A program made the translations under genes and the position numbers. The notes under the pieces are model-generated. The model saw only the letters and a list, made by a program, of their open reading frames with translations. It did not search any database and was not told the origin of the DNA. Positions 12,452 to 27,300 of a DNA stretch of 64,000 nt are shown here, piece by piece (the first letter of the stretch is position 1; every line of letters begins with the position of its first letter). Source of the DNA: Adineta vaga (lineage: Eukaryota; Animalia; Rotifera). The stretch is from positions 3,472,001-3,536,000 of the forward strand of contig CP075496.1 in NCBI GenBank assembly GCA_021613535.1, in the 5' to 3' direction.

Positions 12452-15400
12452 ATGCCGTGAGTATATCATAATCATCAGATTCCTTTTTACACACATCGAT
12501 ATTATCGGTAAATAGACGTCTTGACACTTTTGCGGACATTTTTTAAATAAGATTGTTAATTCGTGTAAATCGGTTCTTGTCTGAATATTTATCTTTCTCT
12601 ATAGACATAACAAGCCGGCGTCACTCGGACACGGACACCATGATGAGACAAAGTCATCAAAACGAAACCATAGAGGTAAGGTAAGTTTCTAATAAAGAAT
12701 CTTTTGGAACAATACCTTCGATCCATTTATCTTTTATTAACTGAATAAAATTTTTTGAAAGAATGAAAAGCGCACAGAGAGAGAGCGGAGAGAGAAGCAT
12801 AGCTTTTTCTTCTGTAGCAGAAGACAAGATTATTTATCTACAAGGATATCGTGAGTAATTTAAAATACACCTACACAATTGAAAAAAAAGTTTGGATTAT
12901 TAGTGAAGGTCAGAGAAAAAAATAAAGTCAGCTGCTTTTTTATCCTCCGTTTTAATATTCATATCAAATTTTATCGATGACAGCGAAAAGGCATAGTATT
13001 TTTGGCCCTCAGGTATCGAATGTTTGCAAAAGATATTTCATTGGAAGAAAACATCGGTTTTTTTGCTTGATTTTCATAGGCAACTCGACAACCATTTCAT
13101 TTGGGTTTCACGGAAACAGATGTACCACAATTATTTTGTCAATTGGATGTACTTCGTCGATCTGAAGAAGCAGAAGAGTATGCTTACTGGAAAGAAAAAG
13201 CACGGTATGAATAATACATTGATTCCTTATTGTTGGATTTCATTTATATTTTATTTAAAGTTGGGTACGTTTCGAAGAAATAGCAGAAAATGTTCTTGGC
13301 CGTTGGTCAAAACCACATGTCGCAACATTGATGCAAACAGCATTATTAGATTTGAAAGAGTTATTAGGAACTGGAACTATTCTTCTCAGTGTTCAACCAA
13401 CTGATTTATCACAAATTTCACGTAAAAAAAGCCACTAGATTATGATAATTCATCGGTTTCTAAAACAAAAATCTTTCACTTCTAGAAACAATTGTTCAAG
13501 CTTTGATTGATGCTCAGTATATTGATGATACATCCAATGCGCAGAAACTTAGTCGGATTCTCGGTTTACCACATTTTCATCATCATGAAAAACGTTCGGT
13601 GACGAAAACCGCAAGTTCTATTAGTTTAACAAAACAAGGTCTTCACCCAAGTCCAAGTTTTGTTATTAATAATCTTCTACGACGAGGTTCGAATACTTTT
13701 TTTTCGTTTCTCCATCAACTATACTTTCTCTTTTATAGATGATGAATCGGATACGACTCAAGATATGTCCGCACCACAATTAATTAATAGCAAACCATCA
13801 AGTCAAGATATATTGGCTGAACGTGATGATTCGAATAGTGCAACACCACCTTCTGCTAAGGTAAAACATTATTTTTATTGTGTTCATGAGTGGAAAACAA
13901 CGTGTATTCCTTTATTTAAGGATTATAATACAAAATTACAACGAAAACTTAGTCGTAAAACCGAAGGTGCATCGATCTTGATTTGTCCAGTTGATTTTGT
14001 TAAAGAACAAACGATTGTTTTTGTTCGTTTGGAAAATGCAATTGAATTATTAGGAATGCTTGAAATTAAACTTTATTCACGTTTTATTGTTCTTCTCATT
14101 GGTCCAGAAGAAACTGAAAGACAACTGTTACAAATGGGACGAACGATGGCAACAATTCTAACTGATGATATCTGCAGAGAATTTGCATATACAGCACGAG
14201 ATGCTGAAGCTGTTATGCAAATGATGGATCGATTCATGCACGATACATATGTTATTCCACCGTCAGAATGGGATCCATCGATTCGAATTGAACCACCACA
14301 GAAATATACGAGCAAAGTAAAACTAAATGAAAAACACATTGAGTTTTTCATTTTGTAATTGAATTCTAGGAGGAACGGCAAGCTCAAGCACCAGAAGAAA
14401 AAGTCGGACAAGTTGAAGAAATTGATTTAACATCTCATGCAGATCCGACTTTAAAAGCATCGAGAAAGTAAGAAAATATTATTCTTATTTATATTTTAAA
14501 TTTCTTTTTTAGACCATTTCATGGTCTTTTTGTCGATATACGCAATAAATTACCATTTTACATATCAGATTTTACTGATTGTGCTAGTTTACAATGTATA
14601 GCAGCTACACTCTATTTATATCTGGTATGTCTTTGTTCGGTTGTCGCTTTCGGTGGTATGCTTGGCTCAGCAACAGAGAATTACATGGTAAGTTTCATTT
14701 CTATCTTCTATCGAAGCTTACAGATTGAAAAAACGAAAATAAAAACCACAACGATGAATATCATTTATTTTCATATATGGTTACAAATTATCAAACAGCT
14801 GACATGATTTCCCATTCATTCGACTTCAAAGCTTACGCCCAAGAATAATCTAAATATAGAGTTCATTGATATCACTCATTAAGTGTTTGAATTAATTCCT
14901 AAAAACGACATTGAATTTCAATTACTATTGCGTAGTTATTTGCATGAAATAATGTTCATTTTTTCGATCTCTTAGGCTACAATGGAATGTATTCTTGCGG
15001 CTTCAATTAGTGGTATCCTCTATGCTTTATTTTCTGGTCAACCATTGAATGTCCTTTCAGCAACAGGTCCAATGTTAATCTTAGAACGTATTATCGAACA
15101 TCTTTGCAAGTAAGTTAACTTATTTCTGCCGTTTTTTGTGCCAATTTTAACTTTACACGATGTTTTTCAAAGGGATTATCATATAAATTTTCTTGAATTT
15201 CGTTTATGGATTGGTGTTTGGATCTTTATTCTATTATTTATATTTGTCACATTTAATTTAAGCTTTCTTGTTAAATATATAACACGTTTTACTGAAGATT
15301 GTTTTGCATCCTTAGTTGCATTAATATTCATTTATGATGCCATACGAGAAATTTTAAAACTTCGTAAAACATATCCAATTAATTATAATATTAATGCTGT

Positions 15401-18064
15401 ATTAGATTACGCATGTTCATGTGTACTCACAGTAGGTCGTATGAATACAACAGGATCAGCGACTTCTACTGTACCTAATTATTTGTTTACTGCAACAACA
15501 TTAAATGAAACAGCTCAAATGGCATGTAAAGCAGCAGGTGGAAAGCTACTTGGTTCAGGTTGTTCAACACCCGTTTATCATCCGAATATATTCTTCTTTT
15601 CATTACTTCTTTTTATTTTTACCTTCTTTATTTGTATGTCTTTACAAGAATTTCGACAAAGTACATTCTTTCCAACGAAAGTAAGCGAGAAGATACGAAT
15701 TTTTACAGAATTGCTTTATGTTTTTTTCAAATTATTATTTAGATTCGAACAATTCTTGGAGATTTTTCTGTATTAATTGCAATTGTACTTATGTCAGGAT
15801 GGGATACTTATTTACATTTGAATACACCGAAATTGAAAGTTCCAACTGAATTTAAACCAACACGACCACTTGATCGTGGTTGGATCATACCATTTTTTGG
15901 TAAAAATCCGATGTGGACAATACCAATTGCTGTTATTCCTGCTTTAATTGCAACTATATTAATATTTATGGATCAGCAAATTACTGCTGTTATTATCAAT
16001 CGAAAAGAATTTAAATTAAAAGTAAATTAAAAGTTTTATTCATTGGAAGATTTCCATTTTCTTTTCATTAGAAAAAACTTGGGTATCATTTGGATTTATT
16101 TGTATTATCTATTTCAATTTTAATACAATCATTACTTGGTTTACCTTGGTTTGTTGCAGCAACAGTATTAGCATTAACACATGTCAATGCATTGAAAATT
16201 ATGAGTGAAAATTCAGCACCTGGAGAAAAACCAAAATTTGAAGGAATTCTGTAAGCAATTCGTGTGTATTTTATTTAGAGCTTATTTAAGAATTATCTTT
16301 GATTTTAGTGAACAACGTGTTAGTGCACTTCTTATGGCTATTTTAACTGGATTAAGTGTATTCTTTACTCAAGTTTTAAGTGTATGTATTGTGTACATGT
16401 GTTTATCTGAAACTAGAAATGATTAAGATACTATTGAAGGAGAAGACATGAGCTAAAATATTTTACTGTTATATGAATATGAATATTAAGACTGTTTTGT
16501 CCTGAAACAGAAAGGCTGAGCCACATATCTGAAAGGAAGTCAATTTTCATCATGCATTTTAATTTACTTTTTAATCACTGTCATATGAACATGACTTTCT
16601 ACATAGATGTGATAATTTATAAATAGGCTATAATTTCAAATACATGATTATCTCTCATTTCTTTTCGGTTAAATAGATTTTGTTGTTTTAGTACATACCA
16701 ATGCCTGTTCTTTATGGAGTTTTTATGTTCATGGGTGTTTCAGCTCTACGTAATATGCAAGTATGTTATTTTTAATTAAAATTTTTCTGCGTAATACATT
16801 TAATTATGTTACTTAGATTTTTGACCGAGTTTTATTAGTATTTATGCCACAAAAGCATCAACCGGATCATCCATATCTACGTCACGTTCGTATAACACGT
16901 GTTCATTTATTTACTGCCATACAAATTGTATCACTTGCTGGAATGTTTGCTGTAAAGAGTGTTAAATCAATTGCTATTGGTTTTCCATTACTGGTACGAA
17001 TTATTTCTAAATGAAAATGTTTTTTTCAAATTTTATTCTCAACTAGGTTCTTGCAACATGTTTTGTACGTAAATTAATGGATCGCGTGTTTACGCAAGAA
17101 GAACTCTTTTGGTTGGATGATATTTTACCTGGAAAAAATGTTGGTCGTGTTCGTCGTTTATCTGCTACTCGAAATGTTCATATACCAAAAGCAACAAATG
17201 ATTTACATAATGATGAATCATTAACAGTAAATTTTTCTTTTTGAAATTTTATTGAAATTTTGCAAATCATAATCATTTTCAGCCAGCACTTGATAGTTTT
17301 GAGATAAGTCCTTCTCGAAAGATACCAACAAAAAATCTACGAAGTATCAACGAGGTTTGTCGATTGATCATAGTTTTCTTGTTACAAAATTGGATCACTA
17401 AATTGCATGAGATACACATACACACGCATAATAGAAAGATTTTCTTTGATGCTCACTATGCATGATAAATCGATGTCTTCTTTTATCTAGATCATAGAAG
17501 ATCCATCAAAAAAACAGGATTACATGGATAATATTTATTCACCAACAAGTGATTCCGATCCATCACGTACTCCATTAATTGTTGTCACAGAAGCGCTACC
17601 ATCTGAGGAAACACCAGATACAAGTGTAAAGTCTTTTCTCTTTCTTTCTTTTTTCTCTAACATTTCATTGAAAAAAAACGACTAAAAAAAGCTGCTCATC
17701 TAAATTGGATAAGGAAAAATTCATTCTACTCATATGCACCTTATTGCTTATAGGTCACATTTTCTCACGTAAATAATCAAGCAAGAAAATCCATTGAAAA
17801 ACCAACGGTGACCTTTGTTGCTGGCCATCCTGAAGACGATTAAATATCGTTTGTAATAGAAATTATTTTCATCTACACTCTTCTTCTTTGCTTGCTTATT
17901 GCTTAATTAATAGATGAATAAAATTAAATCAGGAAATATTTGAAATAAATCTGCTCATTTTTTAGGAAGAAGCAGAACATTTAATGAATCGTGAACTTTC
18001 ATCCGATCAATATCATGATCATAATGGCAAATTGAGATATAAACCTGGCCCAACCTCTGTATAA
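12452..18064 (+). CDS. SLC4-family bicarbonate transporter (anion exchanger / Na+-coupled type), multi-exon, with alternative termini
   Basis: Motifs WKEKAR|WVRFEE, GRWSKPHVATL, VIPPSEWDPSIRIEPP, LFSGQPL, ITRFTEDCFASLVALIFIY, IFMDQQITAVIINRKE, GYHLDL, EQRVS and IPMPVLYGVFMFMGVSAL. Start and end depend on the isoform. Confidence 0.93.
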
Positions 18065-20115
18065 CAATATTGAAAACATTTTTTCCTCTTCAATCTTCTC
18101 AGTTTTCTGCTTATTATATCACGTTTATTCTCTAAATTTACGCAAATAGCTTCCATTTTGAATCGTTTTTTTTTCTATCACAGTAAATATTATATATCTT
18201 TTTTTCATTTCTTCAAAACAAAATATATTAGTTTACTTTAGTCATGATTGACTCCATCTCAATAAACTTGTTTAATATAATGATATCTTTAGTATGAAAG
18301 AATAATCAAATTCTATTGATAACATTCGAAAATCTCATAAAAAAACAAAAGAGAGTTTTATGAACGAAGAAAAGCTAAATAATTCCGCTTAATATATCAG
18401 CAATCCTTTATATTCGAACAATAAATCACCGAGATAAATAAAAACCAATCAAATATTTTCTTCTAAATGAAACGAAACTATGATTTCTTTTATAAACACT
18501 TTAATGCTATCATTCATGTCAGGGAATGTGAATATATGATGAACAAAACTTCGATGTTAGTATTGTTGAAAATTATTAATTAACTAATTTGAATGAATGA
18601 TCGTGCATAATAGAACAATTACTGTCAAATAAAATTGATCAACTATATAATATACATTATTTATCTGATGAGAAAGAACATAACATTTGAGATAAGTTTC
18701 TCTTCCAAATGTCAAATATAATTTTTACGAAGTCGGTCAAAAGAGTGAAAGTCAGATGATGCATATTTACTTTGTTAAGTAATCCATGTAATTTAAGTTA
18801 GTAGTTTTCTTATCTATATTATATAAAATATAATCCACCCCTCTCTCTCTCTCTTGTTCTCGTTAACAAATTACATATTCGAGGAAATATCAATCGTTAA
18901 TGCACTATCCAAGATGTTTTTTCTCATTCAGAATATAGAATTTACTGAAAGATCTGGGGAAAAAAAAGTTTTTTTCCTCTTTCGTTATATTAATCAAATT
19001 GACAAAGACAAGTCATGTTTCCGGTAAAAGTTTTTTGAAACATTCATTCTAACCTCTTCTTTTATCGTCGAACGCTGTTTTTATATTTATTAACTAGTGC
19101 AAATATCCTATCTGAAGAAGCAAAATAGATTATTAATGTGAACTCATCGTCTTTTCTATTTCTCGTTTTTAGACTCATAAAAGCATTTGCTTCATTCATT
19201 CATTCAATAGATTAGTTGTTTCGATGAGAATAAAGAAAAAAAACTGCCGATGTTAATAAGAGAAAATGACAATGTATGATAATATTTCACTGTTATCAAA
19301 ATAATTAGAACGCATCTTGTTTCTATCCTGTTCATTCATCAGGATATTCTTTCAAAGAAATGACTTGTTTTTTTCGCAGTATATGTGTTTGTAGGGACAT
19401 TGAATTAGTGTGTTCATTTATTTATATCGAATTCTATTTCTTCAACGACGCATAGGAGTTTCCATTTCTTCTTCTTTTTTTTTCCTTAGTCTCGAACTTC
19501 CCGTTCGCTTCTTCCTCTCCCATTATTCAATGTTGCGAACAAAGAAGAGGAACGAGAAAAGAAAAGCAAGAAAACGTTCTATATGAACGAAGAACGGGAG
19601 AGAAAAAACTTGATGAAAATAGCAAGAAAAAACCCGACTTCTGTCGAACTCACACGATCTAATAGCGAATAGAATAGCGATAGAAAGACGTGCGTTTTTT
19701 CTTTTTATTCACATATACACAGAACCTTTCCATTAAACAGCATGTCGAACTCAAAGAAAAAACACAACGAGCATCTTGTTTTGTTTAAAAAAAAATACAA
19801 AAGAAAGGAGACTTTTTTTGCTCTCTATTCAATTTCGAAGCCGTACACGCAAGAATATATTTTCTTTTCCTTACAGTCAAGTATTTTGGTAAGAAAGATA
19901 GTTTAATATTTCCTTTTTGCTGAAAGATATAAAAAGAAGAAAAAATGAAATAGCTTTTGGGAATAAAGATGATGAAATAGAATGATATATGGAAGAAAAC
20001 TAATATTTAGTTCTATAGAGATTAGAAATAATGAGAAAATGAAAGATTTTGGTTTGAAATTATTTATCGGATACTTTTTAGATATAACTCAACAGAAGAA
20101 AAAAAAGTTTAAGAT

Positions 20116-21675
20116 ATGTTTCCCATATTTAATCATAGTAATCATGGCCATATGCCGATTAATATCTCACATTTTGTAACCTATCTAACAAAATCTGCAG
20201 CGATTACCACAACAGCAACTCCAGGATCTATTCCATTGGAAAATCGAACACCAATCATGGCAGTAATTATTTCACTTTATGTACTTATATTTTTCTTTGG
20301 TATTACTGGAAATGCGCTTGTTGTTCGTAAGTACATTGGTCGATCCGATCAATTTTGGAAATCTTTGCTTTTTTATAAATAGTTGTCGTTTGTCGAAATA
20401 AAGCCATGCAAACAGTTACCAATGTCTTCATTACAAATTTAGCTCTTTCAGATATTCTAGTAAGAGATTCGAAATCATGTTTGACAAAGAAAAAAATCTA
20501 CTTAACTTTATTATTACTTTTCTAGATGTGTTGTTTAGCGGTACCATTTACACCTATCTCAGCCTATGGTAATACTTGGCATCTTGGAAAAGTTCTTTGT
20601 CATTTAGTACCAATGTCATTGGGTATATCAGGTAGGAATTTAAAACATATTTTACATAATAATTATTAATTGATTTTGAATAGTTTATGTTTCAACATTA
20701 ACATCATTAGCCATTGCTGTCGATCGTTATTTTGTGATTGTTCATCCATTTCGTTCTCGAATGCGTTTAGGTGTATGTGTATTATTAATTATTGTTATTT
20801 GGATTGTCGGTATATCAATATCGTTACCATTAGCAATCTATATGCGATTTGATAATGGTAAATGTGAAGTAAGTTAACGAAAATAAAAGAAAAAGAGAGA
20901 AAATTTTGGTTTCTATTTTTGAATCGTTTTTTCTTTTCATCTATAGGAATATTGGCCACAATATACATCTCGACGTTTTTTTAATTTTTCATCTTTAATC
21001 TTACAATATTTAATACCATTTTCCGTTATATCATTTAGTTATTATAAAGTTTGGGTTGCACTTGCACGTCGTTCATTACCGGGTCGTACACGAATACGTG
21101 AAGAAGTTGAAATCTGTCGTAAAAAACGAACAAATCGTATGCTTATTGCAATGGTTGTCATCTTTGCACTATGTTGGCTACCGTTAAATATCGTTCATAT
21201 GGTCGCAGAATTTCGTCGTCCAACATTAAATCATTACAAAGTTCTCTTTCTAAGTACACATGTTATTGCTATGTCATCAACAGTTTACAATCCATTTTTA
21301 TATTCCTGGTTAAATGATAATTTTCGAAAAGAATTTCAACAAATTCTACCATGTTTATTTAAAATGTGCTGGTGTTTTAATCGTCGTCGAACTAATAATC
21401 CATCAACACAATTATCAAATATTGTCGATGGAGATGTTTATGATCGTCCATCAACGTATCAATTGCCAGCGGAATCAACGATCGCAACCTATACTCAAAC
21501 CTGTCCGCATGTAAAAAACTCTTCATCAAATGGAAAATTGAATGGTGTACCAATGAAAAAACTTACCAATCAAGATATATGTCTCATTGCACCAACTGAT
21601 GATGCATCTGTACATTTAAATTCTCAACAAGAAACATTGTTTATGTCAACAAATATAACTTCAAATCATATTTGA
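20116..21675 (+). CDS. Class A neuropeptide GPCR, NPY / prolactin-releasing peptide / sNPF receptor family, 5 exons
   Basis: GITGNALV (TM1), VTNVFITNLALSDIL|MCCLAVPFTP (TM2), CHLVP...LAIAVDRY (TM3), FALCWLPLN (TM6), AMSSTVYNPFLYSWLNDNFRKEF (TM7/H8). Confidence 0.9.
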
Positions 21676-23099
21676 CATTGATACTTCTTCCTCTTCTTTT
21701 CTATTTGTGCCTTGTCATATTTAAATAAAAAACAATATCAATCATCGTTACGTGATTTTCTCTTCTTCTTCTTCTTCTGCTCTCTCTATATATTTTTGTT
21801 AGTTTGTTTCCTAATGAAATAAATAAAACTCATTCTCAATCGATGTATATTTGTTATGATTCGATTATGCGGCAAAAAATACGTTAATCAAATCAAATTT
21901 CTTCAACTAGTTATTTAATTCATCAAAGATTTTCCATAAACCGACGCAAAAAAAAAGTATTTATTTATTCATTTAACCGAATATGTTATTAGAAAGAAAA
22001 ATGAATGATTTGCATTCATTGAGTTCGTCGTTTTTTTCTTTTCTATTCTCGCGAGAGAATTTCGAAACCAATGACTTTATCTTAATTAGTATTCGAAACA
22101 ATATTTTCTTCAGAAAAATTCTATCTAATAGAATTCTCAAAGATTATCAATGAGACAATATTCAGGAAGTTCGTTTCTATTTTCTCACTTCGTGTCAGCA
22201 TGCATAATCGGATGAATAGAAAGGAAAAAACGAGCTAATTGATGACTTATATTTTTTAGGACATTTATTATAATCTAGTTCTTCTAATTAACGATCGATT
22301 AATTAGTTTAATGAATTCATTCATGTGAAAATCGATATAAATCGTTGGACTTTTCTTATATCATAAATGACAATATAGAAAGAAGAAGAAGAATGTGAGT
22401 AATTTATAGTTCACTGATAAGAATAGATTGGCTAGGAACATTAGAAATAGATATGAGTTTTCTGGATTTTATCATGAATGTCATTCTGACGTCCTTAAAC
22501 ATCAAGTACAAAAGCAAGAGGTTATATCTCGTTCTGTTGTTTATCCGTGTGAAATAAATATTATAAATAATTATCGTTTCATCTAACGAATCGAATAAAA
22601 TTCAAAACTTCTCATATAGAAAAAGACTATTTGATGCATATTCCAATAGATAGAATATCAAATATAAGTCCATATATTAATCCATCGATATTTTTCTTTT
22701 ATGAATATATATATTCAAGAGAATTTTTTGTAAATATTATTTTTTTGTTCTATCAACAGATGCAAATAATCATGGACAAAGACGAAAACAAATATCAAAT
22801 TTCTTTACTTTGTGATCTATGAAAACGATTGATACTATTAGATTGTCGAAAAAAGGAACAAAATATCTTCTTTCTTTTTTGCTAAAATTTCTTATTATTA
22901 AATTTCATATGATTCATTGTGTAGTTTATTAAAAGAAAGAGTCTTACGAACGTAGAATATGCCCTTTTCTTTCTTTTCCTTTTTTTTTTATAAATAATAC
23001 CAATAATGATTATTATAAAACTTGCAATGTTTTTTTTGCTCGTCGATATTCATTGAATGATTCATTCTATAAAGTCATAACGAAGCGAACGATTTGAAT

Positions 23100-23462
23100 A
23101 TGCAACGATCTCGAAGTGAATATAATTTATTAAAAGCAAATACATATACCGATGATGATTCTGGTATTAGTAACGATTATGATTATTCATCATCAAGTGA
23201 TTTAAATTCATCACGAATGACACTTATCAATGAACCACGTTTAATAACTCAACAATCAAAACACATTCGTCAAACACCTTTTGTTCGATATACATCCGAT
23301 GGAATCATTGAACGTATTCGTCCAGTAACGATGAGAAATAGTCAAAATGGTGATTATATTATTTGTAATACTAAACGAGGCACATATATTGCTTATCGAA
23401 CACCAATTGTACCCATATGGGTCACACAGCTCGTACATGAAATTGAATTACGAGGAAAATAA
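23100..23462 (+). CDS. Hypothetical 120-aa protein, single exon, no recognised family
   Basis: ATG-initiated ORF with coding-like codon style (cgt/cga/cca/aca) and balanced composition, standing out from A/T-run flanks. Confidence 0.6.
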   Translation: MQRSRSEYNLLKANTYTDDDSGISNDYDYSSSSDLNSSRMTLINEPRLITQQSKHIRQTPFVRYTSDGIIERIRPVTMRNSQNGDYIICNTKRGTYIAYRTPIVPIWVTQLVHEIELRGK

Positions 23463-24376
23463 AAGCAAATATGATTAATATATATACGATATCTAATGGG
23501 AATGCTTGGGATATTACTATAATTGATTGAATTTAAAAATATACGAACAAATGTACTTTTTAAGAAATATAAATATGTATAGATAGAGTTCTTTTTTGTT
23601 ATTTATGTTAATGGAAAAATTTGTGTGTGTGTGTGTGCTCAGCGTGCATGATAAATTTTCACTTAATTAAGAATAAAAATAACCAACTATATTCATTAAA
23701 AATATAAATTTAAGTTATAGTCAGGAGACGAGTGAATAAATTGTGAAAATTAATTTCGTATAAATAATAACAGAGAGTAGTACATAAATATATTTCATAT
23801 AGAATTCTTTGTATGAATATTAAACTTTGAATTGTAAATTTTCTGATTAAATCGGTAGAATCCGATTTACTTTAATAAATATTCTTAATTGAAATTTAAA
23901 AACAGACAGAAAGAAGAAAAAAAGAATCTGAGCTTTTACAAATTTGACACTTCAATAAAATCTCATTCCTAATATTAAATTACATACATGCACATGTAAA
24001 CAAAAGAGTGAGAGTGAGAGAGAGAGAGAAACCAAGAAGACAGAAATTCTTAGCACAATGAGCGAAAAGAGAGAAGAAGAAGTGAGGAGAAACAAAAAAA
24101 TAGGCCGAAAGAAAAAACACCTGGTTAGAAAAATAGTATCAAAAGACAGAATAGATATGTACAGACAATTCAAAGAGACAAAAATGACCATAAAAAGCTC
24201 TAGCAAGAATCAGAATTTGTTTGTTTTTTGTCTTGTAAAACATCACAATGAATTCGCTTTTTATCAGAGAATACTAATCTGGAGTTTTGTTATGTTTAGA
24301 ATTGAGAACAAAAAATAAAACAAATTGGTCACTGTGTTGACTAGATTGAATAGTTCTTTAGTTCAATCGACTCTTG

Positions 24377-27300
24377 TCAAGATGATACAAAATTATCAAA
24401 CGAACCCAAATATTCCAATGCTGAACGATAACAAAATTGATATTGATCCTAAAAAGAATTCATCAATTAAATCGCTGTGTTTTATAATATTAGAGATTCT
24501 TTACTTCAGTTTGAACAAGTGCTGGTCGTTGTGTGCGTAGTAATTTCACCGTTTGAAAAACATCAACAACACCTTCATATCGTATTCGTTCAAGAACAAT
24601 ACTTAACGTTAGAAATACACCCGTTCGTCCTGCACCTATAGGAATCGAAAATAAATATATGTTTTATTTGATTTTTCAAAGAAATCATTACCAGCTGAAC
24701 AATGTACAACAATTGGTCCTTCTTGACCAAAACCTTCTTTTGTTTTATGAACTTGTCCAATGAAATCAATAAAACCTTCGCCAACTTTTGGTACACCTTG
24801 TTCAGGCCATTCAGTATAAAGAAAATGACGAACTGTTCGAGATTGTCCATCCTATTACGAAGGAAAACTTGAATATAATCAATTTTAAACATAAGCAAAT
24901 TTCTTACTCTTGAATCTGTCAATTTGAATTCACTTAATAAATATTGCGGCATATTATAAGCACCAACTGGATCAACAATAAAATATCCATAACGTGCTGA
25001 TCGATCTGTTGGCCAATATTGAACACATTTTTCTCTACCCATCTCTTTTAGCTTAGTTAACATAACAATTATTGTTACATTATGTTCCCAAATCATTCTC
25101 CAGAAATCATCGATTGTTTCTGTTAATGGTCCTTGAGTTGCAATATAACCATTCTTAAATCGATAACCCTATATGAAAAGAATTGATTATCTATTGGAAA
25201 CAACAATGTATTTAACTTACATCAATATAAGATGCATTAATATAATCAGATCCTTCGACCCCACGCACAGGTGATAGACATACTCGCGTATTTTCATCTA
25301 GAATGATAAAATTTTGATTCTTTTTTTTTTCGAAAAATAAAATTAACTTACAAGGAAGAATATTCACTAGACGATTTTTGAATTTATTAGCTGGATTATT
25401 TGCACTGAGAAATTTCGATGGTTGTGCTTTGATATTTGACAAACGCTAAACGAAGAATTCTATTCAATCTATTTCTTATTTTGTATTTATTTACTTTAAA
25501 TTCAAGTTCCATATCTGTTAATGAACTATCATTGATTGGTTGTAGTAATCGTTGTAAATGTGTCAATAAATTTCTTGCTAAAACTTCTGTTTGACCTGAT
25601 TGAATGGCTTCATTGATGGCTTCATAAATAAATATATATTGTTCTTCAGTTTGAACAATATAATTTCTATTTTGGAAAACAAAATACAATAAACTATGAG
25701 AGAATTTTCTATGCCTTACCGTTGTGCTCTGAGTAGGGTGACATGTCCATAGATATCAATGGTTTTCTCCTGTTTCAATCTTTCTAATAGAGCATCTACG
25801 ACAATAAAACAACCCGTACGACCGACACCAGCCGAACAATGTACAACTACAGGTCCAGCATCTATTGGATTAAGAACTTTAACGCGTCGAACAAACATTA
25901 AAAATGATGTGGCATGTTCTAATATTCCATGATCTATTCGATAACAAGCACGTTTTAAAATGAGAGAAAATCCCATGAAATATTTCATTCATACCTGGCC
26001 ATGCAGTAAATTGACAATGTCGAATTTCTCGTTTTTCAGGATGACCAGTCTTAATATGAAAAGGAAAACAAAGGTTCATTTGAATATTTTCTCATATAAA
26101 AATCTTACCCATGCTATAGTAAATGTTCGAATACTATACGATGAAAGTTCAATCAAATCTGTTAAAGTCACTTGAATTGATCCATAAATTTCTGTTCCTC
26201 TTGATGGCCAATATTGATCACATTTCAATCGATTTCTTTCTTCTAATTTAGTCATCATAACAATACAAGCTGAATTTGTTTCCCAAATCATTCGCCAAAA
26301 ATCTGCGAATGTATTTGGTAGGGGTCCTTGAGTTGCTATATATGCATTCTGTTTTCGATATCCATCGAGATAATTTGCATTGATATAATCACTTCCTGGT
26401 ATACCATCGATAGAATGAAGAATCACACGAGAATGATCATAAGCAATGACGTTTGCATAACGATTTTTCGGTTTATTATATTCATATTTCGAATTTTCCC
26501 AGGAAAATTGTTGACCTGGATCAATTGACTAAAAGAAAATATTCATGAAAAAAAACGATCTCTGATTTAAACAAGAACATGATGATTTACTTCATATTCT
26601 TGCGAGAATTTATAATTATCAGCAGCTTTTAAACGTTCGAGATGTTCACCAAATTCTTCGATATGTATTGGAGGATGAGCATTTACTGGTACTTCTTTAT
26701 TGATCGTATGATATGTATTTGATAGTTGTGTTCGTCGAAATTCAACAGGTTCATTGGATGATGCTGGTGAAATAGTCGATGGTAATATTGGCATTTGCAT
26801 TTCCATTGTTAAAACTTTTGGTGTTAAATCAAATGGTACGCATTCAGGTGGTGGTGTTAAAGGTTTCTTTTTTGTTCGATTATATTTCAATATAAATATT
26901 ATAATAATTAAAAGAATTAAAAAGATTAAAACTATGATTCCAAATATCCAAAGTAGATTATAGAATGTATCTTGATTTTGTGGTGGAACTAATTTTGGTA
27001 CTAGACTAACTTGTACGGTTGAACTTGATGTTGTAAGATTTTCTTTTTTACGATTAAAACCCCAAGAAACTAATTTGACTTTGCATACACTCATTAATGG
27101 AGAATTATTATAAACTCGATTATGAAATGGTTCCCAATCACGTGTTTCTTTACCATCACCTAACACGAATACTTCCGGTAATTGAGATTCATTAAATACA
27201 GCTGCTGTATAACAACATTCTCTTCGACCCTAGATAAAAAAACAACAACACGTGTTCGTGATGAAGAGAAAAAAAGGCAATTTTGTTTTTCTATACTTCT

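Noticed and set aside
23151-23175. DDDSGISN as a beta-TrCP phosphodegron
   Set aside because: Spacing does not match DSGxxS.
23849-23869. Short inverted repeat AAATCGG...CCGATTT
   Set aside because: A 7-8 bp stem is expected by chance in AT-rich DNA and there is no Helitron-type end.
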